NCBI GenBank assembly: GCA_965215475.1
Contig: OZ244061.1
Location: 3,112,307 to 3,176,306, forward strand
DNA from: Rhodothermales bacterium
Lineage (GTDB): Bacteria; Bacteroidota; Rhodothermia; Rhodothermales; Bin80
DNA: 64,000 bases
Direction: 5' to 3'
The notes under the pieces are model-generated. The model was not told where the DNA came from. It saw only the letters and a program-made list of their open reading frames with translations, and did no database searches. The position numbers and the translations under genes were made by a program. This document shows, one piece after another, positions 1-10,022 of the stretch; the first letter of the stretch is position 1, and every line of letters starts with the position of its first letter.

Positions 1-53
1 CGATTGATAGGGAGGCAAGCTCTGGCAGTCATTGTGTTCAGCTCTTTGCTGGC

Positions 54-644
54 TTGGGGTGGGGCATGGTTGTGAACCCAATTTCCCCTTCTCACCAAAA
101 AATGGGACAAAAACTGCTGCACCGGCAGTGCTGGAATTGGGGCCGGGACATCATTCGCCCAGAAGGCAATCTCCTACTTGAAGCAGGTTTCCTCAGACAA
201 CGCCCCCCTGAAGGAGAAGCAGGGTCAAGTTGCTATACGCTCTTGTTACCTGACGGAGACCGGCTCATGTTGTGGGGCTTTGGGCTCTTGTATGGAACGC
301 CACTAAAGGGCTACGTTTACCTCAATCGCTACCAGTTTCAACCCGATTGGCTACCGTGGGCAGTGCTTCATGGTCCGATCTGGAGGCCAGACATGATCCC
401 GAGCAAACAAGTACCTCCGTCACTTCGCAACCCAGTTGACCTCACCGTTACTGCAATCCGGCACATCGCCGACTACGAGGAAGGGGCTCTCTCGCGTTGC
501 GGTCTGGAGTATCGTCGCGCCATCCTACATGAATGGGAACAACCTTTCGAACCACCGTTACCCCAGGAGCTTCCCCAGGCTTGGCGTACGCTCGCCGATG
601 CAATTGACGCCCATTCGGATCTTGGCTCGGCACAAACATTTTGA
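54..644 (+). CDS. hypothetical protein (start uncertain; ATG at 102 is a plausible start)
   Basis: Only long ORF in this stretch. I recognise no motif. Confidence 0.3.
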   Translation: MGWGMVVNPISPSHQKMGQKLLHRQCWNWGRDIIRPEGNLLLEAGFLRQRPPEGEAGSSCYTLLLPDGDRLMLWGFGLLYGTPLKGYVYLNRYQFQPDWLPWAVLHGPIWRPDMIPSKQVPPSLRNPVDLTVTAIRHIADYEEGALSRCGLEYRRAILHEWEQPFEPPLPQELPQAWRTLADAIDAHSDLGSAQTF

Positions 645-838
645 GATGCGATAATTCAGAAGTTGCTCAATAATGTTGGAGTGATGGAATTTATCGAACT
701 GGGATTGATGTTTTCATGTAAGACGTAAACAACAGGTGTGGTGGTGTGGCACATCAAAATTCATCTATAGATGAGGGTTGATGAGATAATTATGGACACA
801 GAAGATGACTTAGTAAGGAGGATTGACGTAGTATTTGC

Positions 839-3800
839 ATGATGTTCTTTATCAGAAAGCAAATTTATCTTGAAGGCCGTCGTGCAAGTCATTGGCTTGC
901 ACGGGGGATTACGATTCTGTGTGCTTTGAATTTTTATCCAGCCGCTGTAGCTCAGGAGATAGCTCAGTATGAGATAGGTGTTGTGGTCGTACAGTTCGAT
1001 TCTACGATACAGATTGCACCAAAGACCGATCGGACAGGATTAGCTGGTTTTGATCGTATAGCGTCCAAGTACGAGGTTTTCACGATCGAGCGTGTGTATC
1101 CATTTCTGGACCATGTTTTACCTACGTCAAAGACCCGCAGGAATTTACTCGCGCTTCGACGAACGTATTATGTTTACTATCGTGCAGGGCAGGATCCGGT
1201 TGCCGTTGCAAGGGAATTTTCGGGGATCTCAGCTGTGGTATATGCAGAGCCTGTTTTACTGAATCGGCTTGATGAGGTGGATTCAACAGAGTTTGATGAT
1301 CCAAATGATCCAGAATTTCGGCAACAATCAGAACTTCATTTACTTCGGTTACCAGAAGCTTGGGCTGAAGTCAAAAGTGAATCCAGGGTTCCAAAAGTGG
1401 TTATTGCCATTGTGGATAACGGAGGGGAATGGCGACATCAGGATCTTCGTGCAAATGTGTGGACGAATGAAGACGAAGTCCCAGGCAACGGGGTTGATGA
1501 TGATCAAAATGGTTTTATTGATGACATACATGGAGTTAATTTTTCCAATAGAGATGATACCAACAATGATCCAACCAGAGAACCGGAATTTCAATATAAT
1601 AAGTGGCATGGGACGGCAACTGCAGGAGCAGCAGGTGCCGTAACGGACAATGGAATTGGGGTTGCCGGGGCATCATGGAATGCTTCGCTGATGCATATTA
1701 ATGCATCAGATACCACAGGTCTAGGAATCCGATATGGATATGAAGGCATTCTGTACGCGGCGATGAACGGGGCAGACATTATCAATACAAGCTGGACTGG
1801 CCATATAGATGCGGATTTAGATGCTCAATTCTTGGATCAATCCTTGAATTTGGCGACGGATCTTGGAGCATTCATCGTCAGTGCAGCCGGGAATGAGAGA
1901 CAGGATGTTGATCAATTCAGGCGATATCCCGCTCGTCATCCAAGGACACTTTCCGTAGGAGCAACAGAAAAAAAAGCGGTAAGACGTGCTTCTTTTTCTA
2001 ATTATGGGAGATTAGTGGATGTGTTCGCTCCAGGAGAATCCATCTTAACGACAGGAGTGAATGACAGCTATATTTCAGTTAGTGGAACTTCACTTGCAGC
2101 ACCTTTGATTGCCGGGGTTGCTGCATTGATCAAGACGAAGTTTCCAGATATGACACCGGATATGGTTCGTGAGAAGATCCGGGCTTCTGCCGAAAATATT
2201 GATAAGGAGAACCCCAATTTTGCAGGGCAACTTGGTCGCGGTTTTGTGAACGCATTGGCGGCAGTTCAGGAAACCAGTCATTCAGGTGTACGACTGACAC
2301 GATGGTCATGGGAAGATGATGACGGGGATCAGATCATCGTATCTGGAGACGAGGTTACCATTACCGCAGTATTTACGAATCATCTGGCGGATGCACGAGA
2401 GCTCACTGTAGAATTACAAAGTGATCAGTCCTATCCATTTCTTGAATTACATCAGACAGAGGTCAAGATTGGTTTTTTGGGAGGCGGTGATTCGAAGGAG
2501 GTGACATTTCAGTTTCGGGTGAGCGAAGAAGCATCGTATAATCGACGCATTCGTTTTTATGTCCATACCCGGGCGGAGGATGCAGACGATATATCGGATA
2601 TGCTATCCTTTCCGGTAAACCGTTCTCTTGAAGTAATTCATCAGAGTCTGAGTGCTTTATATACCTCAACAGGTGGGGATCAGTGGCAAAAAAATGAGAA
2701 TTGGGATCTTACAAAGACCCCGAGCGAAGAGGAGCTCAATCAGTGGCATGGGATCGCAATGCTTGAAGGCTGGATGTTCAGCCTACGGCTTCCCCGGAAC
2801 AAACTTATGGGGATGCTCCCACCCGAGTTCGCCGATCTATCGGAGTTACAGATACTTGATTTGTCTGATAATTCTCTCTCTGGATTCGTTCTGGATCAAT
2901 TGAGTCATTTTTCCGAGCTTCGCAGTCTGATTCTGGCAAACAATTCCTTTCTAGGCGAGATTCCCCCTGAATTCGGTGAACGGACGAAGTTGGAATGGCT
3001 AAATCTATACAACAATTCTTTTTCGGGCCCAATCCCTTCCTCCTTTGCGAACTTGGTGAACCTAAAAATTTTGGATCTTGACAAAAACAAATTTTCGGGC
3101 TCAATTCCTCCTGAATTGGGGAATCTCTCAAAGTTAGACTGGATTGGCCTGGGAGAAAATGAACTCATCGGTTCCATTCCACCAGAGTTGTCAAATCTTT
3201 CCAGTTTGATCTGGCTAGATCTTGGGGAAAATGAATTCACCGGCTCCATTCCACCAGAGCTTGGCAATCTTTCTGCTCTCGAAGTATTAGATCTGAGTCG
3301 TAACGCTCTCTCTGGAGATATTCCACCTGAACTAGGTAATCTTTCTCAGCTAGATTCCTTGAACCTGTCACATAATATGTTCGTAGGCAGGTTGCCGAGG
3401 AGTTTTATGCAACTGGATAGTCTAAAAGGTTTCTGGTTTGACGGACAAGATCTTTGTGCGCCACAGGATGATGAATTCCAGGCATGGTTGAAGAGTATTC
3501 CGGATGTCAGGGGGGCGATATGCTCAATATTAAAGTTTGCGGAAGGCATCGAGGATCAACGATATGCCTGGTTAAGGCCGATCCCGCCCTTGGTCTTACC
3601 CGAAGTCACCAATGGAACTGCTCCAATCGAGTATACATTGACCCCAACTTTACCTGAAGGATTAAAATTCGACCCGTCAACTCGTACGCTCAGTGGAACG
3701 CCAACCATGATTACCTCCTCCATAGAGTATTCTTATAAAGCCATGGACGCAGGTGGGGCTATGGATAGCCTGTTGTTTAAGATTCTTGTTTACTCTCCGT

Positions 3801-4105
3801 CCTCGGTTAAAAAAGAATTTTTGCCAGAAGTATTTACGGCTCTTGGAAACTTCCCGAATCCCTTTCAAGCCATAACCCAGTTGACCTTTAATCTTCCTCA
3901 GGATGCGCGCGTGCAGGTAGAGGTTATAGATGTGATTGGAAGACGTTTGCTCACGGCTACGGAGAGTCATATTCCTGCTGGATGGTCAAGGACTATAGAA
4001 CTGAATGGTGGAGCACTACCTGCAGGATTTTATGTGTATCGCTTGATTGCAGATTTCCCCTTGGGAAGAGATGTGGAAGTCGGACGCTTTGTACGAATTC
4101 GGTAA
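839..4105 (+). CDS. secreted subtilisin-like (S8) serine peptidase with leucine-rich repeats, a cadherin-like Ig domain and a T9SS C-terminal sorting domain
   Basis: Catalytic triad contexts IAIVDNGG (Asp), HGTATAGAAG (His) and SGTSLAAPLIAG (Ser). About 9 consecutive 24-aa LRRs (LxxLxLxxNxFSGSIPPELGNLSxL). Ig-like segment PLVLPEVTNGTAPIEYTL..STRTLSGTP. C-terminal FPNPFQ..TQLTFNL..VEVIDVIGRRL is typical of a Por/T9SS CTD. Confidence 0.85.
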   Translation: MMFFIRKQIYLEGRRASHWLARGITILCALNFYPAAVAQEIAQYEIGVVVVQFDSTIQIAPKTDRTGLAGFDRIASKYEVFTIERVYPFLDHVLPTSKTRRNLLALRRTYYVYYRAGQDPVAVAREFSGISAVVYAEPVLLNRLDEVDSTEFDDPNDPEFRQQSELHLLRLPEAWAEVKSESRVPKVVIAIVDNGGEWRHQDLRANVWTNEDEVPGNGVDDDQNGFIDDIHGVNFSNRDDTNNDPTREPEFQYNKWHGTATAGAAGAVTDNGIGVAGASWNASLMHINASDTTGLGIRYGYEGILYAAMNGADIINTSWTGHIDADLDAQFLDQSLNLATDLGAFIVSAAGNERQDVDQFRRYPARHPRTLSVGATEKKAVRRASFSNYGRLVDVFAPGESILTTGVNDSYISVSGTSLAAPLIAGVAALIKTKFPDMTPDMVREKIRASAENIDKENPNFAGQLGRGFVNALAAVQETSHSGVRLTRWSWEDDDGDQIIVSGDEVTITAVFTNHLADARELTVELQSDQSYPFLELHQTEVKIGFLGGGDSKEVTFQFRVSEEASYNRRIRFYVHTRAEDADDISDMLSFPVNRSLEVIHQSLSALYTSTGGDQWQKNENWDLTKTPSEEELNQWHGIAMLEGWMFSLRLPRNKLMGMLPPEFADLSELQILDLSDNSLSGFVLDQLSHFSELRSLILANNSFLGEIPPEFGERTKLEWLNLYNNSFSGPIPSSFANLVNLKILDLDKNKFSGSIPPELGNLSKLDWIGLGENELIGSIPPELSNLSSLIWLDLGENEFTGSIPPELGNLSALEVLDLSRNALSGDIPPELGNLSQLDSLNLSHNMFVGRLPRSFMQLDSLKGFWFDGQDLCAPQDDEFQAWLKSIPDVRGAICSILKFAEGIEDQRYAWLRPIPPLVLPEVTNGTAPIEYTLTPTLPEGLKFDPSTRTLSGTPTMITSSIEYSYKAMDAGGAMDSLLFKILVYSPSSVKKEFLPEVFTALGNFPNPFQAITQLTFNLPQDARVQVEVIDVIGRRLLTATESHIPAGWSRTIELNGGALPAGFYVYRLIADFPLGRDVEVGRFVRIR
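2756..3461 (+). repeat. 72-bp-periodic coding repeats (LRR array inside the S8 peptidase)
   Basis: Repeated ..L.LS.N.LSG.IPPELGNLS.L.. units are visible in the translation. Confidence 0.7.
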
Positions 4106-4187
4106 AAGTATTTTGCCTGTAGACAGGAATCGGCCCCAAGGTGGAGTGTATACACCGAGATTATAGGGCAAATCAATGCATTCGCAG

Positions 4188-4742
4188 CTAGCCGATCTTG
4201 TGAAATAACTTATCGAATGTGTGGGTTGGCTGCCCGATAAATTTCCGAAAATAAACCCTCTCGACCTTCCGATTGCAATCATGCGCAAGAATATGTTTGT
4301 AGCGCAAATTTGATGCAGAAAATATACTCTGCATTCGTCCAGGATATCGGCCTTTATTTCCTCTTGGTGCGTCAATGAAAATCACATCCCAGAAGGTTTC
4401 TAGAACGATTTCGGGTAGGATCATCTGTAGCTTATCGAGTTGATTAATAATCCTCCTCCATTGTCGTCGTTTCGTCGTATACTCTATTTCTTCGATTACA
4501 ATGCTTGGGTTCTTTGATTTTATTTTTTGAATCCAGTAGGCGTTATCCTCCAAGAATAAAGTCTGACCTCCAGCATTAATGTTCATCCAATAAGGAGAAT
4601 CATTTCCAAGGCCAAAAATCAGAATATTGCCTGGAGAGAACGAATTGATTAGTTCTCCGATGTACTGGTATTCCTTGAGAGAGCAATTCCCAGGGTTTGA
4701 ATCAACCAGCTTTTGGAAATCAATATGGATGTTCCTGAACAT
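4188..4742 (-). CDS. DUF579-family SAM-dependent methyltransferase-like protein (plant glucuronoxylan 4-O-methyltransferase/IRX15 family)
   Basis: FGLGNDSPYWMNINAGGQTLFLEDNAYWI, WDVIFIDAPRGNKGRYPGRMQSIFSAS and ILAHDCNRKVE align by eye with the FGLGHDSLMW..GGRTVFLEEDEAWI, WDLIMVDAP.G....APGRM.AIYTAG and VFVHDVNR blocks of plant GXMT/DUF579. Confidence 0.75.
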   Translation of the reverse strand: MFRNIHIDFQKLVDSNPGNCSLKEYQYIGELINSFSPGNILIFGLGNDSPYWMNINAGGQTLFLEDNAYWIQKIKSKNPSIVIEEIEYTTKRRQWRRIINQLDKLQMILPEIVLETFWDVIFIDAPRGNKGRYPGRMQSIFSASNLRYKHILAHDCNRKVERVYFRKFIGQPTHTFDKLFHKIG

Positions 4743-5433
4743 GACTCCCGAATCTATAAAACGAATAATCTACAACGGTGACTGCAATCATACTTATGGG
4801 CTTTTTCTGTTCTTGTGATCGGGAAGTTTTTATTCGGCCACGATGGTTCAAGATGGATTAAAAATTGGACCGAGATCCCCTTTTTTATTTGCATGCTTCA
4901 GGCAGAACGTATTTGAAATGAAATCTGTTACCGTCTCAAAAGGACCGGAGGCAGTCTATGGATTGGTTTAATATTTTTGCAAAGTTACTGATTTGTGCAT
5001 AAACGTCATCGGGAGGGTATCTCAGACACATAGAGATGAAAAAAATCAGGCAATTATATCTGAGTAACCATTTGGCTGTTTCAAGATCATGTTGCATCTT
5101 TGTAGTGTTACGTCCTGGATTGGCGAAGTATGCACCACAAACCGGGTGTGTGAATGGACGGCGAGGAGCGAAGTGGTTGGGAGTTTGCGATTGGTACGAT
5201 CGCACAAAGTCCTAACCAGCAGGCAAGTATCCTATAATTGAAGCACATTCGTTTCAGATCCGTCGGACTCAATTCTATCAAGTACGGGCTAAATCTTATG
5301 TTAGGGATTGTGTTCTAAGATGAGTACGTTGATTGCTTGAAGAAGCAGCGAGCTCTGAGGAGAGTTCGCATGCTTGTAAATTCTATCATGTATAAGCGAT
5401 CAAAACAGCTGAGAGATATTTACCCAATCTCCA

Positions 5434-7347
5434 TTAATGGTCACTGTTTTGCAGTTCTGGTTCAGGCAGGGCAATGGTTTCTCCAAAAAACTTTTGTAAG
5501 ATAGGCTTTGAGTTGGAGGGCCCAGCATAAGTTCCCAAACCGCCAGCTACGAGGGATGCAAGAAAGCCCCAGATGAGCGGATCCAATCCCCAAGGGCGGA
5601 TCGGGCTAATTTCTCCCAGAGCAACAAAGCCAATCAAGTAGAGGAAGACATAAACCAGAGTCCCTAAGGCCATGGATGTAATTGCCCCTATTTTGTTAAA
5701 CCGAGGCCAATAGAGCCCCAGTGCTATAGGGGCCAGGAAGGCAACGGCCAGACCGCCTCCAGTGAAGACAATGATATACTGCAGAAATTGTGGTGGGTAT
5801 AGCGCTCCAATGGTCGCCAGAAGGCCAACCAAGACCGTTGTGCCATAACTGAGCAATTTCAATATGCGCTCCGTCGCAGCCGGGTGGATAGATTGCTGGT
5901 ATACATCGCGAACGACACTGGAGCTAATCATTAGGATAAAGCTGTCCACCGTACTCATGGCGGCAGCAAAGGGAGCCGCAATCAGGATGCCCGCCATCCA
6001 TGGAATTCCAGCACCATCCGAGAGTAGATAGGCCATAACGGGCATGATTCGATCAGGTGTATGATCCAGCCCGGGGGCAAGGATGCGTGCACAGCAAAAA
6101 ATGATAATCAGGGGGAAATAGATGAGAGAAAAATAAACGGCCAGCGATGCAATCGCACGGCGCAAGGTTCGCGTGCCCGTAAAGGCCATCAATCGAACCA
6201 TGTTACCAGGTTGCCCTGTACCAGAGAGGGCCCAAAAAGCAAAGAAGGATACGGCTAGGCCCAGCGGTAAAAATCCATTTGGATCTGATGAACTTGGGCC
6301 AGGTGGTTGCATATACGTGCCGGTTTCTCCGTCTCCTCTTGCATAGGCAGATATCTGATGGACAACGGGCATCGCATTCAATACAGGTATTCCTTTCTCC
6401 AGGATTCGATTGATTTCCTGGGGTGTGGTGACTTGGGTTACTTTCACCGGTGCAGATTCTTGCTCCCCGGCAGGAATCACCGAGGCCTCGTTCGTTCGAA
6501 ACAACTGCTCATCATCCATGAACCATGTTTCTGAATCAATCCGGATATCCTGTAGTCGGGGTGCATCTTCCAAGATGAAAGATGCAGTTCCCAATCGAGG
6601 AGGTTGCATGGACGCCATTTCGGACGAGGCACTCGGCAAGCCTCCCACCTGCACCAAAGCAAAGACCAGCATTAAGATGACCCCCAAGAGCATTACAAAC
6701 CCTTGTAGGATGTCGGTCCAGACTACGGCCCTGAACCCCCCAAACGTGGTGTAGGCGATGACCAAGATTGCAAATACCAGTAGTCCAAGTACATATTCTG
6801 AATTGGTGTTCACGGGAATCAGTGCAGGTATCATATTTTGAAGCTGCATTGCTGCCTCCTGGTAAAAAGGAGAGTTTCCTAACAGTTGTTGCATGATGAG
6901 TGCAGCTAGCGTGAACTGAGGAACGAGATACACACACAGGAGGATGGCTAGAAGCAAAGTGCTCATGATTGCCAATGCAGGGCTCTCAAAGCGGATACGG
7001 AGTATATCCGGTACGGTGATGGCTCCGGTTCTTTGGGAGATATGGCTAAGGCGTTTTCCCAGAATCCCCATCGCGCAAAGGGGAAAGATCATATAGCTGG
7101 CGATCCAGAGAGCCAAGGACCACCCGTGTGCGTAAATGAGGGAGGGAAATCCTGCAAAGGAGCCCGCAGAAGCACTAGTGGCTCCAAAGGTCAGAGCGAG
7201 TGCGATGACGCCTAATCCACGGCTTCCCAAAAAATATTCACTAAGAAAGGCCCGTCGCCGGAACGCATAATTGGAGATGACCGCAAGGCCAATGACTACC
7301 GCCGTATAGCAGAGAAACGCAATGAGTGAAGAGTTCGCACCGCTCAT
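5434..7347 (-). CDS. sodium:solute symporter (SSS family, PanF-like) with a large hydrophilic insertion
   Basis: 12-13 hydrophobic segments with an SSS-type layout. It lies immediately downstream of, and is ATGA-coupled to, a YhdT-like gene, as in panF loci. Confidence 0.8.
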   Translation of the reverse strand: MSGANSSLIAFLCYTAVVIGLAVISNYAFRRRAFLSEYFLGSRGLGVIALALTFGATSASAGSFAGFPSLIYAHGWSLALWIASYMIFPLCAMGILGKRLSHISQRTGAITVPDILRIRFESPALAIMSTLLLAILLCVYLVPQFTLAALIMQQLLGNSPFYQEAAMQLQNMIPALIPVNTNSEYVLGLLVFAILVIAYTTFGGFRAVVWTDILQGFVMLLGVILMLVFALVQVGGLPSASSEMASMQPPRLGTASFILEDAPRLQDIRIDSETWFMDDEQLFRTNEASVIPAGEQESAPVKVTQVTTPQEINRILEKGIPVLNAMPVVHQISAYARGDGETGTYMQPPGPSSSDPNGFLPLGLAVSFFAFWALSGTGQPGNMVRLMAFTGTRTLRRAIASLAVYFSLIYFPLIIIFCCARILAPGLDHTPDRIMPVMAYLLSDGAGIPWMAGILIAAPFAAAMSTVDSFILMISSSVVRDVYQQSIHPAATERILKLLSYGTTVLVGLLATIGALYPPQFLQYIIVFTGGGLAVAFLAPIALGLYWPRFNKIGAITSMALGTLVYVFLYLIGFVALGEISPIRPWGLDPLIWGFLASLVAGGLGTYAGPSNSKPILQKFFGETIALPEPELQNSDH

Positions 7348-7580
7348 GGAGCTTCTGATTTCATATAGAACAGGGCAAACCAGAGGCTATATAGCGTGGT
7401 AATGATCCAAGGGATGACAATTCCAAGTACTACCCATCTAGGCATGCCCCAGAGCAGGTGGATTTCCGCGGATCCATAGGCAAAGAATGCACAGTATCCG
7501 ATCGTCCAGATCATGCAGATCCCCCATGCCACAAGAATATGGATGGCTTCTCGTCTTGCATGCCGAAAGGATGAGGACAT
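7344..7580 (-). CDS. YhdT/DUF997-like small membrane protein
   Basis: 78 aa with two TM segments. HARREAIHIL.. and GMPRWVV resemble E. coli YhdT (HKEARWAL.., GFPRWFE). A 4-nt overlap joins it to the symporter. Confidence 0.65.
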   Translation of the reverse strand: MSSSFRHARREAIHILVAWGICMIWTIGYCAFFAYGSAEIHLLWGMPRWVVLGIVIPWIITTLYSLWFALFYMKSEAP

Positions 7581-7581
7581 C

Positions 7582-8046
7582 CTAAGAGCGAATTTCCAAG
7601 ATGAGCTCGGTTTCCACGGCGCTACCCAGTGGCAGCTGGGTTACTCCTATGGCCGAGCGTGCACCGACCCCCAAATCGCCAAAGACATCTTTTAGAAGTT
7701 GGGATGCTCCATTGATCACCAGATGTTGATCGGTGAAGTGAGAATCAGAATTGACATAGCCTGTCAGTCGAAGAACACGAAGAATCCCATCGAGATGGCC
7801 TGCTTTCTGATGGAACATTCGAAGATTATTTGCCACGCAAAGGGCCGCAGCTTTTTGTGCGGTTGGGAGATCTATGTCAGATGGGACTTTTCCTGGATAT
7901 TTTAGATGTCCCTGAGTGACGGGTACAGCACCAGATACATATGCAATTGAGCCAACGAAAGTGACTGGATTGTAGAGCCCCCCAGGACTCGGTACATCAT
8001 CAATCGGATAGCCAAGTGTGGCTAGGCGTTTAATGGGATTTGTCAT
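7582..8046 (-). CDS. RidA/YjgF/UK114-family protein
   Basis: About 150 aa. The pattern ..GSIAYVSGAVP....KAAALCVANNL....LTGYVNS....INGASQLL.DVFG..G.ARSAIGV..LP.G.AVE is typical of the family. Confidence 0.75.
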   Translation of the reverse strand: MTNPIKRLATLGYPIDDVPSPGGLYNPVTFVGSIAYVSGAVPVTQGHLKYPGKVPSDIDLPTAQKAAALCVANNLRMFHQKAGHLDGILRVLRLTGYVNSDSHFTDQHLVINGASQLLKDVFGDLGVGARSAIGVTQLPLGSAVETELILEIRS

Positions 8047-8048
8047 GA

Positions 8049-9122
8049 TTACGGTAAAGAGCGAAGAAAGAATTCAAGTGAATTATGATAAAAGATATTG
8101 TTTATATCGGAAGAAGAATAACCGCGTGCAGAAAGTAGTCCCTGAAGAAGTTGGAGATCGGAGTATCGGTCCAATCCTGTGGGGGTCTGATTGGTACCAA
8201 ATCCTCCATCAAGATCACTCCCAATCGCAATGTATTTGGTATTTCCAGCAAGGTCACAGATATGGTCCATATGATCAATTACCGTATGGAGGGGGACAAC
8301 CGAACGATCGGTCTCTCCACGGATCCAGCCGGGGTACAGCATCCACGCATCAAAGGCAATCCCAATTACGGCATCTCGGTCAATCAGTGCACAGATCTGG
8401 TGATCAGAAAGTTGACGCTGCCCCGGCACGAGTGACCGGCAATTATGATGACTGGCCAAGAGCGCCCCCTGATAACATTCCATAGCCTCCAACATACTTT
8501 GATCACTCAAATGAGTTATGTCCAGGATCATGCCAAGGGAGTCAAACTCCTTGAGGAGATCTCGACCCTTTTGTGTTAATCCTCCATCTGCATCTGTACC
8601 GGCAGCATATTGTCCCTTTCCGTAATGGGTTAACCCGGCTGCTCGAACCCCCAGATCATGCCAGTGATAAAAATCATCTATATCCAGGATGGGATCACAT
8701 CCCTCGAAACTGATCATCATCCCCAGTGCATGAGGATGATCCCAGTGGTTTTGTAGATCATTGGCCGTCTGGATGATCCGTACCTGATTTGTGCGTTCCA
8801 GCCATTTATAGTATGCATACTGTCCGTGAGCATGCGCGTGGGCAATAGAAGGATGAGCATAATCAAGTTCTCTCCTGAGTACACTGGGCGGAGCATGGTC
8901 GGGGCCGCTTCGTGCCAGAAGTGTAGCGACACAAACGCGCAGGTTTGCATTCGAAAGCTCACCCAGTGAAATGGCACAATGACCACGGAAAAGCCCATCC
9001 TCGTAGCGCGCATCGGCGTCACATAAATCATTCAGAGAAAGAGTGAGATCTCGATTAAATGAGAGGGCATTCCAAGCCAAGTCCAGATGTGCATCAAAAA
9101 GAGGAATCATGGGCTCGGTCAT
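8049..9122 (-). CDS. membrane-dipeptidase (peptidase M19)-like metallohydrolase
   Basis: DAHLDL (HxD), LTHYGKG, ILDITHLSD, ASHHNCRSL and IGSDLDGGF match the ordered conserved blocks of the renal dipeptidase family. Confidence 0.65.
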   Translation of the reverse strand: MTEPMIPLFDAHLDLAWNALSFNRDLTLSLNDLCDADARYEDGLFRGHCAISLGELSNANLRVCVATLLARSGPDHAPPSVLRRELDYAHPSIAHAHAHGQYAYYKWLERTNQVRIIQTANDLQNHWDHPHALGMMISFEGCDPILDIDDFYHWHDLGVRAAGLTHYGKGQYAAGTDADGGLTQKGRDLLKEFDSLGMILDITHLSDQSMLEAMECYQGALLASHHNCRSLVPGQRQLSDHQICALIDRDAVIGIAFDAWMLYPGWIRGETDRSVVPLHTVIDHMDHICDLAGNTKYIAIGSDLDGGFGTNQTPTGLDRYSDLQLLQGLLSARGYSSSDINNIFYHNSLEFFLRSLP

Positions 9123-10020
9123 TTTTTCCTCCGCCAGGAATATGAAAACCTGCGCGTCGAATCAAAGATTGTGGAGGCCGGAATGAGATAGATTCCGTAA
9201 ATCCGCTCCCGAAGTATCCAAACCCGTTGACTACGTTCGAAAACAATCCCGGCTCAACCAAAAAATTTTCCTCAAAGAACCCTATGGGCGAGATCCATAG
9301 ACTATCTCCTACATGAACCGTGACATTCATTTCACGGAGTTCAATGATTGTGGGGGTAACATCATCATCTCGGTCAAATAATTGATAGATGTCCAGATAA
9401 TCTTCTCTCAGATCAATATCCAAGATATATCCATCCATCTCGGGCAATGCAAGGCCTCCATAATTGAACACGACCGGCTTGAAGATTGGATTGCTTCCAT
9501 TCTCATCCACTCCAACCAGAATATACTCAACATCTATGCGAGGAAGTGTGGGGGGAGCCCCCTCAATGAGAAGAGGCATGAGTGCCTGACCGCGGTTCAG
9601 GGTGTCCGGTTCCAGAACTTGAAGGCGTATCGGAGGTGGAACCGTCGTGATGGCTTCCGTTTCAGCTCCATCAGAGCGGGTGACTTTTAGATGGTATGTC
9701 TCTCCCTCGGACGCATCAAATTCAGACCAGTAGACATGTCGGTAATCGCCGTCTTCAAGTTGAATTACAGAATCGCGCCAAGTATATACTTCTCCACTTT
9801 GAATATGCGTGGATGTGACGGTTGCATCAATAGGATCGGGGCGTACGAGTGCAATATTTTGTTTGATTTCAAAGACTCTTACAGCATGGGTATCGGCTTT
9901 CGGATTAATGATCCCAAAGATAGAAAATGGATATTCAATCTGTAGCCTCGTTTCAACCGTTTCGGTACAGGCTGAAAAAAGTAAAAAAGTGATCCCCATG
10001 ATGGCCAGATACCTGTACAT
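9094..10020 (-). CDS. DUF4249-like lipoprotein (TBDR partner)
   Basis: Lipoprotein signal ..FLLFSAC. C-terminal FSNVVNGFGYFGSG motif. Sits directly downstream of a CarboxypepD_reg TBDR. A paralogue lies at 19248-20249. Confidence 0.6.
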   Translation of the reverse strand: MYRYLAIMGITFLLFSACTETVETRLQIEYPFSIFGIINPKADTHAVRVFEIKQNIALVRPDPIDATVTSTHIQSGEVYTWRDSVIQLEDGDYRHVYWSEFDASEGETYHLKVTRSDGAETEAITTVPPPIRLQVLEPDTLNRGQALMPLLIEGAPPTLPRIDVEYILVGVDENGSNPIFKPVVFNYGGLALPEMDGYILDIDLREDYLDIYQLFDRDDDVTPTIIELREMNVTVHVGDSLWISPIGFFEENFLVEPGLFSNVVNGFGYFGSGFTESISFRPPQSLIRRAGFHIPGGGKNDRAHDSSF

Positions 10021-10022
10021 GA

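Noticed and set aside
2756-3461. Regular 72-bp periodicity that could be mistaken for a CRISPR or satellite array
   Set aside because: The periodicity is in frame and encodes canonical LRR units within a continuous ORF. There is no repeat-spacer structure.
4936-5205. 89-aa - strand ORF in the 0.7-kb gap between the DUF579 gene and the symporter
   Set aside because: Non-ATG start and no recognisable features. The evidence is insufficient.
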